Shown here piece after piece: positions 9,272 to 17,037 of a stretch of 17,037 nt of DNA. Below the pieces are notes generated by a model. That model made no database searches and had not been told where the DNA came from. It saw nothing but the letters and a program-made list of their open reading frames with translations. The translations under genes and the position numbers were made by a program. Numbering within the stretch: position 1 is the first letter of the stretch; each line of letters starts with the position of its first letter. Source of the DNA: Eledone cirrhosa (taxonomy: Eukaryota). The stretch lies in assembly GCA_964016885.1 (NCBI GenBank), contig CAXHJY010001269.1:1-17037 (forward strand). The letters are read 5' to 3'.

Positions 9272-11442
9272 TGACAACTCGGAGATAAGAGAGTTCCTCC
9301 AGGTAGAGCCGCTACTTCTACGAACTGAAAGATCACAGTTCTGATACTATGGGCATGTGGTTAGAATGTCTCAGGAAAGAATCGCTGGACAGATTTGTAG
9401 TTTGGAGATCAGAGAGTCCCTCCAAGTAGAACCGCTACTTCTACGAACTGAAAGATCACAGTTCTGATACTATGGGCATGTGGTTAGAATGTCTCAGGAA
9501 AGAATCGCTGGTCAGATTTGTAGTTTGGAGATCAGAGAGTCCCTCCAAGTAGAACCGCTACTTCTACGAATTGAGAGATCACAGCTCCGATACTATGGGC
9601 ATGTGGTTAGAATGTCTCAGGAAAGAATCGCTGGACAGATTTGTAGTTTGGAGATCAGAGAGTTCCTCCAGGTAGAGCCGCTACTTGTACGAATTGAGAG
9701 ATCACAGCTCCGATACTATGGACATGTGGTTAGAATGTCTCGGGAAAGAATCGCTGGACAGATTTGTAGTTTGGAGATCAGAGAGTCCCTCCAGGTAGAG
9801 CCGCTACTTGTACGAATTGAGAGATCACAGCTCCGATACTATGGACATGTGGTTAGAATGTCTCGGGAAAGAATCGCTGGACAGATTTGTAGTTTGGAGA
9901 TCAGAGAGTCCCTCCAGGTAGAGCCGCTACTTGTACGAATTGAGAGATCACAGCTCCGATACTATGGACATGTGGTTAGAATGTCTCGGGAAAGAATCGC
10001 TGGACAGATTTGTAGTTTGGAGATCAGAGAGTCCCTCCAGGTAGAGCCGCTACTTGTACGAATTGAGAGATCACAGCTCCGATACTATGGACATGTGGTT
10101 AGAATGTCTCGGGAAAGAATCGCTGGACAGATTTGTAGTTTGGAGATCAGAGAGTCCCTCCAGGTAGAGCCGCTACTTGTACGAATTGAGAGATCACAGC
10201 TCCGATACTATGGACATGTGGTTAGAATGTCTCGGGAAAGAATCGCTGGACAGATTTGTAGTTTGGAGATCAGAGAGTCCCTCCAGGTAGAGCCGCTACT
10301 TGTACGAATTGAGAGATCACAGCTCCGATACTATGGACATGTGGTTAGAATGTCTCAGGAAAGAATCGCTGGACAGATTTGTAGTTTGGAGATCAGAGAG
10401 TCCCTCCAAGTAGAACCGCTACTTCTACGAATTGAGAGATCACAGCTCCGATACTATGGGCATGTGGTTAGAATGTCTCAGGAAAGAATCGCTGGACAGA
10501 TTTGTAGTTTGGAGATCAGAGAGTTCCTCCAGGTAGAGCCGCTACTTGTACGAATTGAGAGATCACAGCTCCGATACTATGGACATGTGGTTAGAATGTC
10601 TCGGGAAAGAATCGCTGGACAGATTTGTAGTTTGGAGATCAGAGAGTCTCTCCAGGTAGAGCCGCTACTTGTACGAATTGAGAGATCACAGCTCCGATAC
10701 TATGGACATGTGGTTAGAATGTCTCGGGAAAGAATCGCTGGACAGATTTGTAGTTTGGAGATCAGAGAGTCCCTCCAGGTAGAGCCGCTACTTGTACGAA
10801 TTGAGAGATCACAGCTCCGATACTATGGACATGTGGTTAGAATGTCTCGGGAAAGAATCGCTGGACAGATTTGTAGTTTGGAGATCAGAGAGTCCCTCCA
10901 GGTAGAGCCGCTACTTGTACGAATTGAGAGATCACAGCTCCGATACTATGGACATGTGGTTAGAATGTCTCGGGAAAGAATCGCTGGACAGATTTGTAGT
11001 TTGGAGATCAGAGAGTCCCTCCAGGTAGAGCCGCTACTTGTACGAATTGAGAGATCACAGCTCCGATACTATGGACATGTGGTTAGAATGTCTCGGGAAA
11101 GAATCGCTGGACAGATTTGTAGTTTGGAGATCAGAGAGTCCCTCCAGGTAGAGCCGCTACTTGTACGAATTGAGAGATCACAGCTCCGATACTATGGACA
11201 TGTGGTTAGAATGTCTCAGGAAAGAATCGCTGGACAGATTTTACGGGCAAAGCCAATCAGCAGGAGAACCAGAGGTAAACCCCGAGCAAGATGGTTGGAT
11301 AACATCCATGAGCCTGGTTGGCCTCGCTTGGGGATCCAGCCGGATCAGTTGGAGACGACTGCTTCTGACAGGACCCGCTGGAAGGAGTGTTTGAGGACTC
11401 TCCCCCCTCTCAGGAATAAGTGCGCGAAGAAGAAGAAAAAGA
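9272..11442 (+). mobile_element. 5'-truncated RTE-clade (Rex3/Expander-like) LINE with internal tandem amplification and (GAA)n tail
   Basis: Peptide SEIRESLQVEPLLLRIERSQLRYYGHVVRM...RRTRGKPRARWLDNI...RLGI...ASDRTRWKECLRTLPP is the typical RTE ORF C-terminus. GAAGAAGAAGAAAAAGAA tail at about 11426-11443. Confidence 0.92.
9281..11240 (+). repeat. 123-bp tandem array, 16 copies, RTE-derived
   Basis: GGAGAT unit starts at 9281, 9404, 9527 ... 11126; units are near-identical. Confidence 0.98.
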
Positions 11443-11456
11443 AGGTAGATTGGTAG
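9480..11456 (+). pseudogene. 658-aa ORF of 41-aa RTE-derived repeats plus the RTE C-terminus; no RT or endonuclease catalytic domain
   Basis: From the ORF track. Units 1-2 carry TGA where later units have CGA. No evidence of expression. Confidence 0.6.
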
Positions 11457-11555
11457 AATTGGTGGAGCATCAGATGAAATACCAGTGCACTATTTCTTCT
11501 GGCTTTTTACATTCTGAGTTCAAATCCCACGGAGGTCAACTTTACCTGTTATCCT
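11443..11555 (+). mobile_element. Diverged SINE family A 5' part (tRNA head)
   Basis: GGTAGATTGGTAGAATTGG...TTTACATTCTGAGTTCAAATCCCACGGAGGTCAACTTTACC matches the reverse complement of the other family A copies. Confidence 0.75.
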
Positions 11556-11710
11556 GTTACCCTGCCTACTTATTCCTTTGGGTGGGGTTGAGTTCTCAGA
11601 CACGCCTTCCAGAGACTCTCCCATCAGAAGCAACCGTCTCTTGCAGGTTGGCTTTGGCTGTAAAACCTGTCCAACAACAACAACAACGGCACCAATCATA
11701 TATACATATA

Positions 11711-11886
11711 CGAGGGCAATCCCAAAAGTAAGGTCTCCTTCCGATATTGCAACTTTTCCGTTAAAATCCTGTGGATGGTGCTTCGGGAAACCTCAGGAAC
11801 CAAAATGCAGAGAGCATCCAGAGTGATCCGCCGATCTTTACGCATGTTTTCCTCGGAAGGAGACCTTACTTTTGGGATTGCCCTCG
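11711..11886. mobile_element. Mariner-type MITE, 176 bp, perfect 34-bp TIRs, TA target duplication
   Basis: CGAGGGCAATCCCAAAAGTAAGGTCTCCTTCCGA (11711-11744) is the exact reverse complement of 11853-11886; TA at 11709-11710 and 11887-11888. Confidence 0.93.
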
Positions 11887-11892
11887 TATGTA

Positions 11893-12060
11893 ATAACTGT
11901 TTCTACTTTAGGCACAAGGCCAGTGCCTTACTGGTACTTTATTTTATCGACCCCGTAAGGATGAAAGGCAAAGTCAACCTCGGCGGGACTTGAACTCAGA
12001 TCGTAAAGGGACGTAACTATGCTGCGTCCGACCCTCTACCGATACTACCAATCCACCGCC
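11893..12060 (-). mobile_element. tRNA-derived SINE, family A, with intact 5' end
   Basis: Minus strand GGCGGTGGATTGGTAGTATCGGTAG...GAGTTCAAGTCCCGCCGAGGTTGACTTTGCC; near-identical body to 3205-3380. Confidence 0.88.
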
Positions 12061-12065
12061 CTCTA

Positions 12066-12266
12066 TATAATAACTGCGCGAAATTCGCACTTGGCGGTAG
12101 TGTTCAACGGGAGCTCCATTCTCAACGGCTGCCAAGCCAAGATTGAGCATCCCAGCGAAGAGCGCGCATGCTTGTTTGGGAGTGAAGGAAGCACCAATTA
12201 CAACAGTGTTGCCAACAGCCGTACGAACAGTTTCTCTGCGTCCCCATCGCTTTGGAATTACCCTCG
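12066..12266 (-). mobile_element. 5' end of a mariner transposon: partial TIR, 5' UTR and start of transposase
   Basis: Minus strand TA|CGAGGGTAATTCCAAA is similar to the adjacent MITE TIR. ATG at 12119 gives MELPLNTTAKCEFRAVII, like mariner N-termini of the AKCExRxVI type. Confidence 0.72.
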
Positions 12267-12469
12267 TAGAAAGAAATAACTAAAAAAACAAAATATGACA
12301 TAAGATCAAGTGAAATAAATTGGTTTCTATTTGCATGGTTGGTGTTTATTAAGAGTTGAAAAGAAAAGTAGTTTAAATCTAGAACAAAGTAGGCTAAAAC
12401 CATGTTTGTTTCGTTATATAACCTGTATAGGATTGAAATACTTAAGAGAATTATCTGAGAAATATTAAT

Positions 12470-12617
12470 GATTTCTAGTATAAGCACAAGGCCAGTAATT
12501 TTTTTTTTAGGGTGAGAGGGGGGGGGGCTCGATAAAATCGACCCCAGTACGTTACTGGTACTTTATTTTATCGACTCCGTAAGGGTGAAAGGCAAATTTC
12601 ACCTCGGCAGGATTTCG
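12470..12617 (-). mobile_element. SINE family A, longer variant, 5'-truncated
   Basis: GCACAAGGCCAGTAATT...TCGATAAAATCGACCCCAGTACGTTACTGGTACTTTATTTTATCGAC...CCTCGGCAGGATTT; includes a T/G-run segment absent from the other copies. Confidence 0.82.
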
Positions 12618-12746
12618 TAACCCCACTATCAGGCTAGAAATTTCTTTAGTCTAAAATACGGTGAAAGCTTATAATTTCTAATTTCTAATTTCAAACTCGC
12701 CAACCGCTTCAAAAACATACTTACATGTTTACGTTTATAATTTGCT

Positions 12747-13379
<633 letters not shown>

Positions 13380-13602
13380 ATATTTAATAAATGGAAACTA
13401 TAGTTATAAAACCATATTTATTTTATTATATATATTTCAAGGGTACCAACATTTTGGTACGCTCTCATCAAATAAAATACAAAATTTGTTTTATAAATGT
13501 TGATATACACAAGAAACCAGACCTTACTCACACGGAGGCAGTGACTGGGAGTTCGGTCCCTCTGTATTCGGATCTGGTATATATAATATATATATATATA
13601 TA

Positions 13603-13808
<206 letters not shown>

Positions 13809-14096
13809 ATATCTCCCTCCGCCTTCTGAGATATTTTCACTGCTACAAGGGATTAATCCCCTTTCTTGACCGGTGTATCACGTGATAGAGTCTCCCTCTG
13901 CCTTTCTGAGATTTTCTCGCATGCTACGGACGTATGTAGTTAGGGCTCTTCCCTGAGGTGCTCCCTTGATAAGCTGACTTACCTCACAACAATGTTACAT
14001 GTCTATGATATAACATTTTTGCATAGTGACCAGCGAAACTGTACAGTCGGGACTAAAGAAAAAATAGGTATATTGTATCTATTATTCCTCTTTATA

Positions 14097-14136
<40 letters not shown>

Positions 14137-14139
<3 letters not shown>

Positions 14140-14733
14140 TAATCGCCCGCTAAATCGCGGTTCACTTTTCGCAGTTCCGCTACATCGCGGATTTTCTTTA
14201 GAACGTATCTAATTTCCTCTCGCGGCAATCCTCGCTACATCGCGGATTTTTCGTTCGAACATATCTATTTTCTTATCGCGGTACGTACGTTTGAATAAAA
14301 AGTATTTAAAATTTAAACTTATTAAATAACTTTCGATGTGATTGAAGTGTATAGCGTAAGGAAGGGGCATCTTAAAGCTTTTACTATAAAAAATGTTTTT
14401 ATTTTTCATTCCATTACTGTTTTACTACTGTACTACAAACCCTTCATAGATTGATTACCAAGGGACTAACGTGACTGATAATGGTGGTCATTGGTAACTA
14501 GGGGTACGATCGTTGGTGGTAGTTTCTGTACGATATTTACTGGCTGTTTTTTGGTGTTTAAATACAAAAGTGTGTTTTAATGAGTTTAAATGTACTTAAA
14601 ATGCGTAGGAGAGGTATTTTAAGACTTAAACTATGAAAACAACGGTTGTCTTTACGGTCTCTCTATAACCCGGATTTTCATTTATCGCGGTTCGTTCTGG
14701 AACGTATCCCCCGAAATAAACGGGTATTTACTG
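14137..14733. mobile_element. Non-autonomous pogo/Tigger-like DNA transposon (old)
   Basis: Left end TA|CAGTAATCGCCCGCTAAATCGCGG; right end reverse complement CAGTAAATACCCGTTTATTTCGGGGGATACGTTCC; subterminal ATCGCGG repeats; no transposase ORF. Confidence 0.7.
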
Positions 14734-14736
14734 ATG

Positions 14737-14779
<43 letters not shown>

Positions 14780-14800
14780 TACTCACACGGAGGCAGTGAC

Positions 14801-15360
14801 CACCACCACCATCACCAGCACCAGCACCACCTCCAACACCACCACCACCACCAGCACCACCTCCAGCATCACCAGCACCACCACCAACACCACCAGCAGC
14901 ACCACCTCCACCAACACCACCTCCACCACAACCGTCACCAGCACCACCTCCACCAACGCCATCGCCAGCACCACCACCACCACCACTTCCTCCACCAACG
15001 CCATCGCCAGCACCACCACCACCACCACTTCCACCACCTCCACCACAACCATCACCAGCACCACCTCCACCACCACCACAACCGTCACCACCTCCACCAC
15101 CACCACCACCAGTACCTCCACCACCACCACCTCCACCACCACCTCCACCACCACCACCACCACCACCACCACCTCCACTACCACCACAACCATCACCACC
15201 ACCAGCACCACCTCCACCAGCATCACCACCACCTCCACCACCAGCACCACCTCCACCACCTCCACCACCACCACCACCACCACCTCCACTACCACCACCA
15301 CCAGTACCACCTCCACCACCACCACCACCACCACCACCACCACCACCAGTACCTAACACC
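14801..15360. repeat. Degenerate (CCA)n trinucleotide tract with internal block duplications
   Basis: Directly visible; for example CCAACGCCATCGCCAGCACC occurs twice. Confidence 0.93.
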
Positions 15361-15497
15361 ATAATATATTAACTAGAATATTATGTAACCTTCTGCTACA
15401 CAACTGGTATTCTTATACCTGGCAATATTTGCTCGGCTTTTAATGTCAATAAATTGACGTCATTGCTAGGATTTCTATGAGTCTTCCTATTGGTAAC

Positions 15498-15585
15498 TCC
15501 CACCACCACCACCACCACTCTCACCACTACCACTCCCACTCTCACCACCACTCTAACCCTCACCACCGCCATTCTCACCACCACT
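15498..15585. repeat. Degenerate (CCA/CTC)n tract
   Basis: Directly visible. Confidence 0.8.
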
Positions 15586-15635
15586 TTCATTTTGAAGTTC
15601 GCCAGCAAACTTTATCAATATTAACATGCAATCGA

Positions 15636-15639
<4 letters not shown>

Positions 15640-15708
<69 letters not shown>

Positions 15709-15800
15709 ATATATATATGTATATAAATATATATACACACACACACATGCATATATATACATATATACACATAGTATATGCACTGAGTATACATGAACCT

Positions 15801-15842
<42 letters not shown>

Positions 15843-16087
15843 AGGTTCATGTATACTCAGACCCTAAACACACACATGTATATATATATAAATATATTCT
15901 ATATATATATAGAATATATGTTATGGAATACTGTTAGCTTCTCGCTACAACAATTTCTATACCTTTCATTATATATATATTATATATATATATACACATA
16001 AATATATATATATATATATATATACATAAATATATATATATATATATACACACATAAATATATATATATATATAAACACACACATAA

Positions 16088-16120
<33 letters not shown>

Positions 16121-16341
16121 AACACACACATAAATATATACATATATATATACACACATATATATATACACACATACATATATATATATATATAAACACA
16201 CACATAAATATATACATATATATATACACATATATATATATACACACATATATATATACACACACATATATATATATATATATAAACACACACATAAATA
16301 TATACATACATATATATATATATATATAAACACACACATAA

Positions 16342-16383
<42 letters not shown>

Positions 16384-16400
16384 CATATATATATGTGTAT
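15640..16400. repeat. Compound (TA)n/(CA)n region
   Basis: Directly visible, with a recurring ACACACACATAAATATATAC unit in 15990-16380. Confidence 0.92.
15783..15860. repeat. Perfect 78-bp palindrome centred on (AT)13
   Basis: CTGAGTATACATGAACCTACACACAC-(AT)13-GTGTGTGTAGGTTCATGTATACTCAG. Confidence 0.93.
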
Positions 16401-16553
16401 GTGTGTTTAAGGTCTGAGTATACATGTACTTATTATCTGTCCTTAACCGGTACAAAGTCATGCTAGTATATATTGTACGAAAATTGCATGGTAGAAGAAA
16501 GCGCCTGAAAAATATAACTACTAGTTATTTTGATTTTAAAGTCAATTAGTAAC

Positions 16554-16720
16554 CTTCTTCTTCTTCTTCTTCTTCTTCTTCTTCTTCTTCTTCTTCTTCT
16601 TCTTCTTCTTCTTCTTTTTCTTTTTCTTCTTCTTCTTCTTCTTCTTCTTTTTCTTTTTCTTTTTCTTCTTCTTTTTCTTCTTCTTCTTCTTCTTCTTCTT
16701 TTAGTTTTCTTCTTCTTCTT

Positions 16721-16751
<31 letters not shown>

Positions 16752-17011
16752 TTTTTCTTCTTCTTCTTCTTCTTCTTCTTCTTCTTTTTCTTTTTCTTCT
16801 TCTTCTTCTTCTTCTTCTTTTTCTTCTTTTTCTTCTTCTTCTTCTTCTTTTTCTTCTTCTTCTTCTTCTTCTTCTTCTTCTTTTTCTTTTTCTTCTTCTT
16901 CTTCTTTTTCTTTTTCTTTTTCTTCTTCTTCTTCTTCTTCTTTTTCTTTTTCTTTTTCTTTTTCTTCTTCTTCTTCTTTTTCTTCTTCTTCTTCTTCTTC
17001 TTCTTCTTCTT
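16554..17011. repeat. (CTT)n/(GAA)n tract, about 460 bp
   Basis: Almost pure polypyrimidine with TTT variants and only two short purine interruptions. Confidence 0.97.
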
Positions 17012-17037
17012 GCTCAACGAGGCCGGGGTCACCCTAA

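Noticed and set aside
9281-11240. CRISPR array or bona fide repeat-protein host gene
   Set aside because: No spacers; the unit is recognisably RTE ORF sequence continuous with the RTE 3' end.
9258-11460. TAGATT-based target-site duplication around the RTE copy
   Set aside because: Imperfect match; the right-hand copy is better explained as the head of the adjacent SINE.
17031-17037. Telomere start (CCCTAA at window end)
   Set aside because: A single hexamer, in the wrong orientation for a right-hand chromosome end.

Overview
Repeat-saturated, AT-rich eukaryotic DNA with no host protein-coding gene that I can support. The tRNA-derived SINEs resemble, from memory, those of octopod cephalopods (inference, not a search result). 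Contents: long (TA)n, (CA)n, (CAG/TAG)n, (CCA)n and (CTT)n tracts; 44-, 22/11- and 32-bp minisatellites; several tRNA-derived SINE copies; LINE 3' fragments (two RTE-clade, one probable L1/Tx1-clade); a mariner-type MITE, a mariner 5' end and a Tigger-like element. Three things stand out. (1) A ~165-bp direct-repeat pair (7351-7880), each copy carrying a minimal type I hammerhead ribozyme motif, in a Penelope-pLTR/retrozyme-like layout. (2) An RTE fragment whose 123-bp (41-codon) segment is amplified 16x in frame, with a 7-unit higher-order duplication, giving a 658-aa ORF. (3) Recurrent near-perfect inverted duplications next to (TA)n tracts. Almost all other ORFs in the track are microsatellite artefacts.
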